Part shown: one piece after another, positions 53,050 through 64,000 of the stretch | How the letters are laid out: each line of letters starts with the position of its first letter | How positions within the stretch are numbered: the first letter of the stretch is position 1 | DNA from: Raillietiella orientalis | Lineage: Eukaryota | Assembly (NCBI GenBank): GCA_036172245.1 | Contig: JAYWIR010000001.1 | Span: 4,898,001 to 4,962,000 of the forward strand | Reading direction: 5' to 3' | Length of the DNA: 64,000 nucleotides | Translations under genes and position numbers: made by a program | The notes under the pieces: generated by a model | Told to the model about the DNA's origin: nothing | The model's database searches: none | The model's input: the letters and a program-made list of their open reading frames with translations, nothing else

Positions 53050-54200
53050 GTCAGCACGTCATGGTCGTTGGGGACTTTCACCCTTCGAACTTTTCTTGGT
53101 AGGAGGAAAAGCCTCCACACAAAAGTAGACGTGGTCCACCGAGCACAGATTCCTCCACGCTGTCTCCTCTTGATTCCTCCAACTCGGGAAGTAGAAGGCC
53201 GACAAAGCGGTCTTGTAGTCGCTGTCTCTCACATCCTGAAACGCTGCACTCTTGACTACGCTCTGCACGGACGAGCACTTCCCCTTGTTTACTCTCCCGA
53301 ACCCGTAAAGGATTTGGGAGAGTTTCGCCTCCCTTTAGGTCCAGGCGCTCCAGCGTCAGGAGGCCGAGGCCTCCGTCGCTACGCGGAGTGCACAAGTCCT
53401 TCAGGAGGACTATGCAATTCCCTGTGCCCCACAGGGCGATTCTCAGGAGGTCCTTCGTCCACCTCTCTATAATGCTCAGTGGGGACAAACAAAAAGCAGG
53501 GGGAGAAAGAAGGGAGCCACGAACGCCTTCCACACTGCGGACCGTTCCGGCAAGAGAAACTTGCCATCCTGGAATGGGCCGATCGCCTACTCTGTCTTCA
53601 GGGGGCAGCTGGGCCATGTCTCCGCCGGAGAATAGTCCCCCAACGGTACATCGAAATACTTAAAGTACCGAACCATGCGGACCCCCAAGAGCATGCAACA
53701 TTACCCCACCAACCACGCAACACCAATGGTTCCTGGACGGAGTCATGGGTGATGCGTTTCAGCGTCTCCGAAGGTACATGACACATCACGAAAGCCAGAC
53801 CCAGCAAGGCTGGTGTGCCTGTAGTTTCGACGTGGTTTGCCTACCACCATTATTCTACCAATCCCGTTTGGTTCGCCGCCTGGTGTGCTGGCAGCTTTCC
53901 GGGCCACTGAGTGTTCTTCAAGATTCAGTAGGTCCCGAATCTGAATGCGGACCACACAGGAACACGCGTTCAGCCGTTGCAATTGTTTCTTTGTTGCCTG
54001 AAGAAGTGAGGGTGCATGCAAAGGAGAAGAAAAAATGGATGTTCTTTCTCAGAAGGAACAATTCGTGCACGGAAGTCCAGTCGGGGACATGAGATTGGGG
54101 ACGCTCAAAGCTCCGGCCAATAGCAGGAGGACCTGAGCGAACTTTTCCTTCCACACAAGCACACCTCGGAAGTATCAACCTCTCGCTCTCCACTTTGTGT
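53050..54200 (-). mobile_element. L1-clade LINE RT and thumb relic (plant-like)
   Basis: FKYFDVPLG (cf. F.YLG.PL, ~53635-53665); VSLAGTVRSVEGV...PLSIIERW...IALWG...LKDLCTPRSDGGLGL (ORF 53078-53617; cf. LS.AGR..L..SV..FLW..W..+C.PK..GGLG+). Confidence 0.75.
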
Positions 54201-54369
54201 GACACGTCACCCCCCCCCCCCTTCCTCGCACGAGTCTAAAGACTGACGTACCCTTTCCCCCAGTATGATATAAAGAGACCAATGCTTGCGGGCTGTCTTG
54301 AAGCTCCAGATTTAAACGTGACGGCATAACTCAAGGCTGCTGCGCGGGGTTTTCTTACATCTGGAGCAT

Positions 54370-55000
54370 TTATGCCTTCTCGAATGATAATTAATTGCAC
54401 GGCTTCAAAAATAACACCCCGAAGAGATGTGCTGAGCAGGGGAAGAAGAAAAAAAAGAGAGAGAGAGGCTATTTTGGTTTTCACGACGTTGCAGATGAAG
54501 GAAACTCTGGACGCGAGCATCTGCGAACGCGATTTGCATACGGGAATTTGCATGCGCGAGAAGCAGCAGCAGCAGATTCGCGGTCTCGTGCCAGGTGAGG
54601 AAGATGGATTGAGAATTAAGTGCCCTCTCGTTGACGCTTATCCGATACCCGAGAATCATCAGAATTCCCGGGAACCCGGAAAACTCCGGTAACGGGTCTC
54701 GTCGAGATTGCATGACCGAGGAAGGGGTTCCTCCCGGCGGTTTCGTCCGGAGGCCGCGCAGCAGAAACGGCGATTCGTTCCCACGAAGGACAATCTGCCG
54801 TTTCGCCGAAGCCATGCAAATGATTGCTGCGGAGGTCCGACGTCGCGTCCCGCTACGCGAGATGCGCGCTTTTCTCTGGGAAAATTATGAGCTTTGACTC
54901 ATTCATCTTCGTTCATCTTGAAGTGTGCGCATCCTCATGGGAAGCAGGAGGGACGCAGGCCGGAAAAGTGTTCCTCACAATAATTGAAGACTAATGAACT
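54370..55000 (+). mobile_element. R2-like CCHC-RLE fragment
   Basis: INCTASK..LSRGRRK..KETLDASICE (cf. RGR..ETL.HI..C); RILMGSRRD (cf. ++G.RG.W). Confidence 0.5.
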
Positions 55001-55439
55001 ATCTCTCGCTCTCCATTTGTCATCCCGAAGAAGTCGAAGCGCATACAAACACAGGCGTGCCTTGAATCTATCCCGTTTCGTAAAGCAGCTTCTTCCCCTT
55101 TACGCCCATGCCGACCTTTATCGATTTCTTTCTAAAAACTACACACCAAAGCATCGGATTCGAATTTTGGAGTCTCGATGAACCTCCTCCAGGATCTTTT
55201 CTTCCGGGGGAGGGGTGGGCCGAAAGCTCCGAAGCGCAAGATCGGTCAGCCAGAGAGAGAGATGAGCCGCTGGTGCTACTGCCGTCGCCGCCACCTACAC
55301 AGTGCCCTGCCGCCTCGCTCGCGCCTGCTTGACCTTTCCCCCCCCCCCTCCCCCGTCGTGACGTCACCAGCATCGCCCGCGTGCGCCCTCCGCCGCTTCC
55401 AGCCGAGGGCACGTTGACGGTGGTGCTGCTGCTGACGCG

Positions 55440-55870
55440 ATCCCCAGCGGCTGTGACGGAATGGAAGCATAAGGAGCAGTGATACGAAGAATAGTACAAC
55501 AGCAGGGCCCACCCTTCTTGGGGGAGCACAAGGGAGTTGCCTTCCCCTTCCCTACCCTGGGAAGACCTCTCCACAGAAGAGGTGGCAGTAGGAGGGTTGG
55601 TCTTACGGGAGCGCTCTCTGGCCTGCCTCACCCCTCCAGGCATCCCCGTTCTGCTTGCAGATGACCACTTGGTGAGAAAGGGACCAACCACATATGCGGA
55701 TGGCAGGTCTACGCGTCTCAGGGGAACGATGTGCCGAACCCTCGAAACTTCAGCCCTAAAAAGAGTCGACGGCCACAGGTCCCTGAAGAACAGGACGGTT
55801 CGGCAGCTCTTCCCTTCCATGCTTCTTCCGGACTGCTGCACCTATCTCGGAAGATATCATTTTTCCTTTT
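55440..55870 (+). mobile_element. Second L1-like thumb fragment
   Basis: PPFLG then SLPWEDLSTEEVAVGGLVLRE (cf. FLW..V.W..+C.P..GGLG+R). Confidence 0.5.
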
Positions 55871-55881
55871 AAGCCCTATAT

Positions 55882-56383
55882 CCCACTGTAGGGCTCACTG
55901 CAAGACGTTCCAATCACACAGACGAAAGACGTAGAGGACAGTGCCCTGCTCGAAAGAAGAGCTCCAAGAAGAGCTCTACTTTCGATCGGTAGCGGATGCT
56001 GTGCTCTCAGGTGCTCACGCTGTCTGAGGCGGTCGGACAGCGTGAGAGCTACTCGGCGGCGATTGCTTTCAGCCCTTCCGCCCCCATCTTTCTGATCAGC
56101 ATTTCCCATCCCAGCCTCCATGGCAACGTCGCTCTCATTCGCGTGGAGAGGGGGTCTGCCTCCGCATCCTTCACCCGCCTTCTAGAAAGCGTGATCTCCA
56201 CGGAAGCTGCACTCGCAGAAACTTCCGTTTTTCTTGCGTACGGCAATTAGCCCGACCTTGCCGGTCTACTTGGATGCTTAACCGAAAGCTCGGAGCCGTG
56301 AGCCACACTCCACTGTAGAGCTCACTGCGGGACGTTCCGATCACTCAGTCGGGAGGCGTGGAGGACGGTGCCCTGATCGAAGT
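55882..56383 (+). repeat. Diverged ~75-bp direct repeat (55882-55953 and 56310-56381)
   Basis: CCACTGTAGGGCTCACTGCAAGACGTTCCAATCACACAGACG..GAGGACAGTGCCCTGCTCGAA versus CCACTGTAGAGCTCACTGCGGGACGTTCCGATCACTCAGTCG..GAGGACGGTGCCCTGATCGAA. Confidence 0.85.
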
Positions 56384-57299
56384 GACGTGAGCACAGGAAG
56401 GGAAGGAAACTGGTTATTCATGCCCTCGAGCCAGTTAGGAACTTTGGCTCCTCTAGGAGGTCATTGCGGTAAGCGTGAAAAAGGAAAGGCAGAGGAAGGC
56501 AGCAAAGAAGTCTCTTTTTTTTTTTTTTTTTTTTTCGGGAAGATGAGAGAGCTTCCTGTGCATCCCTCTAAGCAGAGGAAGGAATGCATTGTGCTGCCCT
56601 GCAAAAGAAAAAGATGGACCATTGTTCAATGACCGTGGGTTCCCAATTCTTCACCGTCTTTCGCATAGGGTCTCTTGAAACCTCTCCATCTCTTGCGCTC
56701 CTCTTGATGGAGTAGGAGGACTCACGGCGAAGAGGTAACTGACAAAGAGGAACTTTTACCTCAGCAGCCAAAAGTGCCCATCATTGTTAAGCGAGTGAGA
56801 AGAGCTGCAGTCATGGACTCGCTGGATTCCCTGAGATCTGATGCTTCACTCTAAAGCCTCCAAGAAGAGCTTGCTGAAGTCAGAGCGATTTCAACACTTG
56901 GAGTTTGTCGAAGTCGGCGCAAAAGCAAAAAAAAAAAAAAGTCCGTCCTCCGTCGCTTCGCAGAACAGCAAAAGTGGCTTGTAGCGGGCAGATCATCGTG
57001 CGAGGACAGAAACCAAGATTCCACGGAGGAAAAAAAAACGGACAAGAAGATGGATAGATTCAAAGAGAAGGCTCCCTGACGTTGCCGCCAAATCCAAAAC
57101 CAAAGCTCTAGAATACCAGTGCAACTCAGAATGAGCAAGCAAAAAGAAAGGCAGAGGGCAGCGGGAAGCAGCAAAATGGTTCTTTTGGTGCTCAAGAGAT
57201 GAAACGAAATGATAGCTTCATCTCTTGTGCTTCTCTTGGATGCGTAGGAGGGCTCGAGCGAAGAAGCAACCGACAAAGAAGCATGCGTAACTCAGCAGT

Positions 57300-60290
57300 C
57301 CAACATACATAGGTGAGGTGAAGACCGAGACACGGAAACTGAGAATCCTGCAAGTGAGATGCCCCCATCCACTTTCAAACAAAGTACCTAAATCCTGTGA
57401 TCTGCCCTCAGGGATTATCAGAAACCAACAGGTTTTTTCGCATCCACCCCATCCAACGAAACACACACTTAAAAAGCATTTCTTAATAGCCAGAAAATCA
57501 ATACACATCCGTTATGCGGAAATCAACCCAATCCAGCTGCTCGGTGCTTTGAGACTCAGAGAAACTTTGTGGCACCTCCCCAGGATACCGGGCCGAAGAA
57601 AAGCGTGAAACCTGGGCCGATTCAGACGTCTCTCAGCAAAGAGCTGCATAGTTGGCAACTGCTTTCCGTTTAGGGAATTCCAGGGAATGAATCGGATTCC
57701 CTTTCGGGATAGGCACCAGGAAGAGCGCTCTCCGTTGCGACCTCTTGCCGGAAAGAGTTTCCTCAACGGTAGAAGACTTTGCAGAAGATTGTGAATCAAA
57801 GTGCATTCCGTGGTTTCATCCATAAGTTTCAGCTACTGGAATGTGCTCCCCTGGAAAGGAAAGAAAGGAAGGTGAAGCATCCTCCTTCTGAAGTTATGGA
57901 AAGGGTGAGCACCTTCAAACCGGCGGTACGAAGTCTTGGCACCTCGAGAGAGCCGCGGAAAAGCAGACGCTCTTTAACGAAGGAGGGTTCGAGGGTTCGG
58001 AACTCGCAAAGGTGTGCCTGCGAGAAGGTGCTTCTTTCACAGATGACCACTGATCCCCTTGAGGTCGCAGGCTGCGGAGAGGAACAGCATAGTGGTCTCG
58101 GTTCCATTTCGAGCAGATTTTTACTCTTCCCGGCATGATTGATGAAACGGCCGCATATGCTTTTTTCAGTTTGATGTTCTCGGAATTTACGATACATAAA
58201 CTTGATACTGCCCTTTTCAATGATTCAGAAAATGATTCTAGTTAACCCAGAAGGGAGATGGAATGACTACATGAATCTTCAATGGTGCTTTGAATCAGCT
58301 GAATAATAAAAAAAAAAAAAAAAAACTTAGCCTCGGAGAGGGTCCGAGAGCACGGGAGGAAAAACTTCATAAATTACTATAATTTGCAGTAATAATAATT
58401 TGGTGGATGAATATCGGCATGTTGGAAGTTTGATTTCGATTTCCTAGAGATTAGCAAGGTAATGTGATCCTCAACAGATCATTACTCCCGTCACAAACAA
58501 TGGTAATTACCCTGTATCTTTTCCCTTTCTACAGAAAGGAGGAGGGGAGAAAAGCTGGAAGTATTGAAACGAACCGGATATCACTTTTTGAACCTCCTTT
58601 GGAAAATCTTCGGCCTTTGCACGTGCCACGCCTGCTCTCTTGCTCCCTCTTCTAAAAACTTCAAAGAGGAATGTCTGCCTCGGTCATTTGCTTTTTGGGG
58701 TTTGTCGTCGACGCTTCCGAAGCGAAGAAGGGACATTTCGCCCAGTGGTTCTCCGGGTGGTACGAAAGTCCGCCACCGGTCAGAGAGCAGGAGTCCCATC
58801 TGAAGATGCCCTCTACCCAATATGACGAGCATGGCCGATGAAGTTTTCAGAAGGACGGCACTTTTTTCTTTTTTTCAATTTTTGGCTGGACCTCTCAGAT
58901 GAAATTCATCTACAGAACGCAGAAAATGATTCGAAGGTTCTTCTTACCCGGCAAGACATTCCCCACCAACTCTGCATGATCACGAGTCCTGATGGCCATC
59001 ACGCTGCATTTCACGCACGTAGCTCGGGAACACTGCGTCCAGCCTGGCTGCGATCTGCTCCAGGAATGTCCAGAGTGGGTGCGACTTCCTGGTTGGTCCC
59101 TCATCCTCAGATTCGTTTAGGCGGAGCGTCATCCAGTTCCTCTCCCAGCGGCGCATCCAAAAGTATGGAGAGCGTCTCTGGAAATCAGCAATCTCCTGGT
59201 ACTCTGCCCTTCTCCCCCTTCATGAAAAGAATGCTTCGCAGAAGACTATGATTCAAAGTGCATTTCGTGGTTTCATTCATGAATTTTAGCGACTGGAATG
59301 TGCTCCCCTGGAAAGGAAGGAAAGGAAGTGAAGCATCCTTCTTCTGAAGTTATGGAAAGGCTGAGCACCCTCAAACCGGCGCTACGAAGCCTTGGCACCT
59401 CGAGAGAGCCGCGGAAAAGCAGACGCTCTTTAACGAAGGAGGGTTCGAGGGTTCGGAACTCGCAAAGGTGTGCCTGCGAGAAGGTGCTTCTTTCACAGAT
59501 GACCACTGATCCCCTTGAGGTCGCAGGCTGCTGAGAGGAACAGCATAATGGTCTCGGTTCCACTTCGAGCAGATTTTTTTTACTCTGCTCTACATGAACT
59601 GCTGAGACGGACTAAGCAGCAGCAGCAGCAGCTCCATGCTCTGGATGGGTTGCTGGCACTGCCGCTAGGAGTTCCTTCCGAGGGCTTTCGCGCTACGAAT
59701 CTTAAACGCCCTCAAGCCGCCTTCGCACCACTGCTAGCCAGATTCACTTTACCGTTAGCGACCAAGCACCATTCAGTGCGCCTTAGGCGCTTCAACCTCA
59801 GAGCCTCATCATTTCATCATGCTTGCAGATAGGCGTTCCAGAGATGCCCAGTTCATCTGCAACAGACTTCAGGCCGCTGTTTCACACACGCACACAGACC
59901 TGGCCTGGAATCCTCCTTCAAAAAGGAAAGGAACGTTCTGGAAGAGGAGCGGATGGTAATGCTCCCTCGCGAGAGTAAAGCCCTGTTAAGAAAAGGATGG
60001 GAAATCGAGGTGATTTTGACGAAGGTCGGCCACACATGCACGCGCGAACCACGGCAAAGCTTTGCCGCCTCCTAACTACATCGCGGAACACTCAACCGAC
60101 GTCTTGCTTAGCAACAGGAGATCAGTTTGCCCGACTCTCCGGATCTCAGCAAGGCGCAGTGCTACTCGGTCCACCCGAGCGCTCTCCGCACAGGAGGCAG
60201 CATCTTGGTTGAGATGCTGCGGTATCCTAGCAGCCACCATTGCAGTACCAGTTGAAAGCGCGTGCTGTGCCTAGGCAGAGCACGGAATTT
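57300..60290 (+). mobile_element. Two paralogous Utopia/NeSL-like 3' halves (~57.3-58.1 kb; ~58.95-60.3 kb)
   Basis: KYLN and IRYAEINPIQLLGALR (cf. I..S.L.P.QKL.AL); TKHHSVRLRR (cf. RH..V..RL); SATDFRPL; ALLRKGWEIEVILTKVGH (cf. L..KG+.V.V...VG). Confidence 0.6.
57781..59586 (+). repeat. ~350-bp direct repeat A (57781-58127 and 59238-59586)
   Basis: Long identical core (CTTGGCACCTCGAGAGAGCCGCGG...GAGGTCGCAGGCTGC) with scattered substitutions at the edges; also visible as near-identical ORF translations. Confidence 0.97.
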
Positions 60291-62893
60291 CTATCAAAGT
60301 GATTATGGAGCAAAGAAATGAAGAAAAAAAAAAAAAATCCCTCCTCGGGGGGAGGCCAATCGTCACGACCCTCTGGAACTTTTGCAAACCGCGGGCATAC
60401 CAATCGCACGTCCCTTTCGGAACTTTGAGAAACTCTGGAAGCAAATCTATCCTTCAAGCCGGAGGTGTGGCAAAGGGAGTTCTCTAGAGGAGAGAGCCAA
60501 GCCTGAAATTCACTATTCACCGCTTTTCCCGCCCTCTCTGGATCCCAGTGGTGTTCCCTGCCAGCATCATTTCGCTGAAACCTCCAAATTTTAGCACGAA
60601 TTCGTGCTGGGAGCTCGTCTGACTTTGGGGGAGTCGTCGGCAGCTTCAGGTAGCGACTGCCGCGCACCTGGTGAGAGCGTGCGGAGCTTAGGTGCGCGCG
60701 AACGGAACCTTCTTTCTCGAATGAAGCCTCACATTGTACAGTACCATCCTGCTGGAAGGGGAAGGGGTTACCCTGATGGGTTTTCCACTTCGCTATGGCA
60801 AAGCAACCTTCAGCAACGGACTCGCTTGCGGAAGCAGGAAAACTTTTCGAAACGAAGGCCTGCACCATGGGTTTGTTGATTTGTTTTGGAGGAAAAAAGG
60901 CTTTCCCTTGCTCCTTTAGCTGCTTCCTCGTATTTTGTGGGTCTCTGATCTTCTTTTTGTTTTTCTTTTTCCCTTTGGGAGTATGAATGAAGTATCCATC
61001 GTAAATAACGCCTCCTTTTGCGGAATCCAGTAGCGAAAGCAAATTGCTTCTAGAGATCCCGAGTTTTTTGCCAGGGAGGAAAAAACGGAGGGGGACGAGG
61101 AGGAGAAACTCAGGAGAGATGGATTTATCGGTGAATTCTTGCTCCACCAACCAGCTAGTGATTTCGTATCGTTTTGGAGCGGAGGTGTGGTCGAATGGAA
61201 AATGCGCTTGGAACAGCCCGAATCTCAGTCATCGTTTTGCTTGTAGTCTCGACACTCTTCGACCTTCACAGGTCAGCTGCTACTTGATCTCCTTCCCCAC
61301 ACTGTTGCAAAATCTCGTTTATGAAATTTGTACAGAGTTTCATACTTGCATCAAAAGCTTGCTCACTCCACACGGACTCCACATGGGCCACGCATTCTTC
61401 TGCCACTGGTTTTCTGCCGGGGAGAGCAGCGTGACTTTTCTAATTTGAATCCCTATTTCTTTTTTTCTTTTTTGTTTGGAAACCACGGGTGCTATCCAAA
61501 GAGAAGGCATTCTCTTCCTGTAGCTGCTACTTGAGGGATGGGACTGGCATGTACATATATGTACTCATGCAGGTGTGTGTGGACATGAGCTGCATATGTA
61601 AATATCCAGGTATCAATCACCATTGCACCATCCCGTAAGCAAACTTGTGCTCACATTACTTCTGTCCTTTCGACGTTCGACCTGATGTCTTCCTCGTTCA
61701 ATCATTACGCTTATCCAATTCGTGCTGAGTTCACCGGAAAGCTCAGACCATGCGTGCATCCACTTCTTCCAGCACTGGTCCGATCATAGCAGATGATTTT
61801 CATCTTTAAAATGCTCATACTGCAAGTGCCAAATTTCATTCTTCGGCGCTCGTGGTACACCGGTCGGGATCGCAGTTACTTCAGTCAAGGGAGTCGCAGA
61901 ATCTTGCATGCAGCTATCCATGCAGGAATCAGCAAACTGATTAGGAAAGGAACGTTCTGGAAGAGGAGCGGATGGTGATGCTCCGTTGAGAGAGTAAAAC
62001 CCTGTTAAGAAAAGGATGGGAAACCAAGGTGATTTTGACGAAGGTCGGCCACACATGCATGCGCGAACCACCGCAAAGCATTGCCGCCTCCTAACTACAT
62101 CGCGGAACACTCAACCGACGTCTTGCTTAGCAACAGGAGATCAGTTTGCCCGACTCTCCGGATCTCAGCAAGGCGCTGTGCTGCTCGGTCCACCCGAGCG
62201 CTCTCCGCACAGGAGGCAGCATCTTGGTTGAGATGCTGCGGCCACCATTGCATTATCAGTGGAAAGCGCGTGCTGCGCCTAGGCAGAACTCTAAGGAAAA
62301 GTGAGAAAACACTAGCTGGTTGGTGAGGATGTTTACCAAACAGGGCTGCAGGATCTTTCTAAAATCACAACATGCCTCACAAAAATCCGCCCGCGTGAGA
62401 GAGTGAAAGTCTGCAAATGGGTAGTCATGCATGCCAGAAACAAAGATATCCAGAATGTAGCTGCTGCATTGCAAAGATGAAGCAAACATCAAACGTCAAT
62501 CAAATATCAAGCTGAGGGATGAGCAATAAATGAGAAATAAAGAATCATCCAGGTAAGCAAAATACATATAAACAGGTAATGTAAATGTTTATGTAGTAGT
62601 GTTTCTGGAAAAGCATTGGCAACTGTTCCCGATAACAGGACATTTATTGACTTGTTTCATCCATGACTGTGGTGATACGCTGAGACAAACGAAGGACATC
62701 CTAGGCAAAAATATCTTCTAGATAGATATAAACCTTAGATACGAACCCAATACTTCAGTTTATCTGTTTATATGTAGTTTTCTTCACCTGGAAGATTCAC
62801 TTATTCTAAAGATTCAGGGTCCCTTTTCTCAATGGCACCTCCTAACCACATCGAGGAACACTCGACCGACGTCTTCCTTAGCAACAGGAGATC
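59924..62893 (+). repeat. ~350-bp direct repeat B (59924-60279 and 61943-62287) plus a ~55-bp third copy (62838-62893)
   Basis: AGGAAAGGAACGTTCTGGAAGAGGAGCGG...CCTAGGCAGA in both copies; third copy CCTCCTAACCACATCGAGGAACACTCGACCGACGTCTT..AGCAACAGGAGATC. Confidence 0.97.
60300..61450 (+). mobile_element. Decayed R2-like RT and thumb
   Basis: RPLWIPVVF (RT1); SYRFGAEV; LDTLRPSQVSCYLISFPTL (cf. L.P.Q..L..P.L); CIKSLLTPHGLHMGHAFFCH. Confidence 0.55.
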
Positions 62894-62999
62894 TAGGTGG
62901 CAGAAATGGGTGGCTCGGAAGTAGCATAAATGGACTACTTCATGGGACCTGGATTATGAGGCTTTCGAGAAGAACATCTAAGCGGAAAGCCTGTGTGTG

Positions 63000-63800
63000 T
63001 GCATTCGGCAGCACAAAATATCTTCATCGAATTGAAAATTGCTGTCATGTGAGCATGGAGGATCAATAGTGAAGAATTCATGGAACTCTTTTAGCAGTCC
63101 CGTATTTCATGGATGGCTTTAATGAGGGCTTGGAAACTCGCAGAGGCCAAGTGTCATTGAAGGAATCGCACGTTCTCCAAACAGGAAAGCAGCATCTCAG
63201 TCCGAGAGCAGCCATTGCAGCAACTTCACAGTGAGCGCACCATATCTAAAAAAGTTCTTTCATACATCTTTGGCATTGTGAGCATTTGTCTTTTTAATGG
63301 TCAACTTGCCAGCTTAACTTGCACCCTGAAATCCAATGCCAACTGACGATGAAACCTTTCTCTAAACACACAGGGTTCAGAATTATGTGCTTATTAAGAG
63401 CATAAAACGGAGTTCAAAGGAGCAGGCTGGAGGCGAAACCATGAAGGAGCTTTTGAGAGATCGGCAGAGCAAACAAGGGATATGCCCAAAATTCTCAAGC
63501 CTATTGCTGTGCATTTCTTTCATTGGTGCCACATGAATTTTCAGCTCGGCAAGCGTGTTTGGTTCCCTGATCTCCGCTCCCACTGAAAGCATCTTCTGAT
63601 GAGGTGAAGCTGTGGTGAGCTCGACGCTCGCAAGGACTTCGAAGTCAGCGCAAAAAGGCGGACTGACTTCAGTGTGAAGTTGACTCGAGGAAGGGAAAGC
63701 AGCGATGTTTTTCGAGACATTATCGAGAAATTTCCAGAAGATTCTCTGGAACGTGAATGAAGCAAAAGAGAAATTAAATGAGCATTGAAAATATGCAAAA
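63000..63800 (-). mobile_element. Decayed R2-like RT 0-3
   Basis: RIFWKFLD...VSPPFCADFEVLASVELTTASPH...PNTLAEL; RERFH; TFLDMVRSL*SC (cf. LD+.KAFDSV). Confidence 0.6.
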
Positions 63801-64000
63801 AAAAAAAAAAAAAAAGGGTTGTTTAGATCCAAGTGACTTTAGGGATTTTGTGACGCCACCTACAGTTAGACTTATTAAAGACGGGCTCAAATCATGCCCG
63901 GATACAGGAAAGCAAAATTCTTCTTCAATCAGTGCCGCCAGTCTACATACCTACGTCGCACATCGGAAAGGTCGCGATATGTTCCACACATTCTGGGAAA

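Noticed and set aside
60227-61150. 307-aa minus-strand ORF (likewise 4861-5667 + and 55068-55841 -)
   Set aside because: Antisense shadows of retroelement relics on the opposite strand; no domain signal, and the 307-aa ORF has homopolymer-derived K/F runs.
1-64000. Cryptic genes rescued by C-to-U or U-to-C RNA editing; CRISPR-like array
   Set aside because: Lesions include many frameshifts and non-editable substitutions. No regularly spaced repeat-spacer array was seen.

Overview
Eukaryotic, non-genic window of roughly 50% GC. I find no intact protein gene, rRNA, tRNA or CRISPR array, and the long ORFs in the track are antisense or GC-rich shadows. Reading across stops and frameshifts, almost the whole 64 kb is a dense mosaic of about 30 heavily decayed non-LTR retrotransposon relics of the restriction-like-endonuclease (RLE) type (R2/NeSL/Utopia-like layout: ZnF/Myb - RT - thumb - CCHC - PD..D nuclease), on both strands and partly nested. 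It also holds one Ty3/gypsy relic (~29.2-31.8 kb) and two plant-like L1 LINE fragments (~53-56 kb). The most unusual structure is an ~11.5 kb unit (36.0-47.5 kb). Its two diverged ~2.5-3 kb inverted arms each carry a GC-rich leader with an RT-less CCHC-RLE segment pointing outward and an element N-terminus pointing inward, and they bracket a disrupted RLE element. Other signals are young ~350 bp in-register patches between old paralogues, a micro-inversion, many long homopolymers and no visible CpG loss, which suggests (inference only) an unmethylated compartment such as a plant mitochondrial genome. All family assignments come from by-eye comparison with remembered consensus motifs, not database searches, and relic boundaries are approximate.
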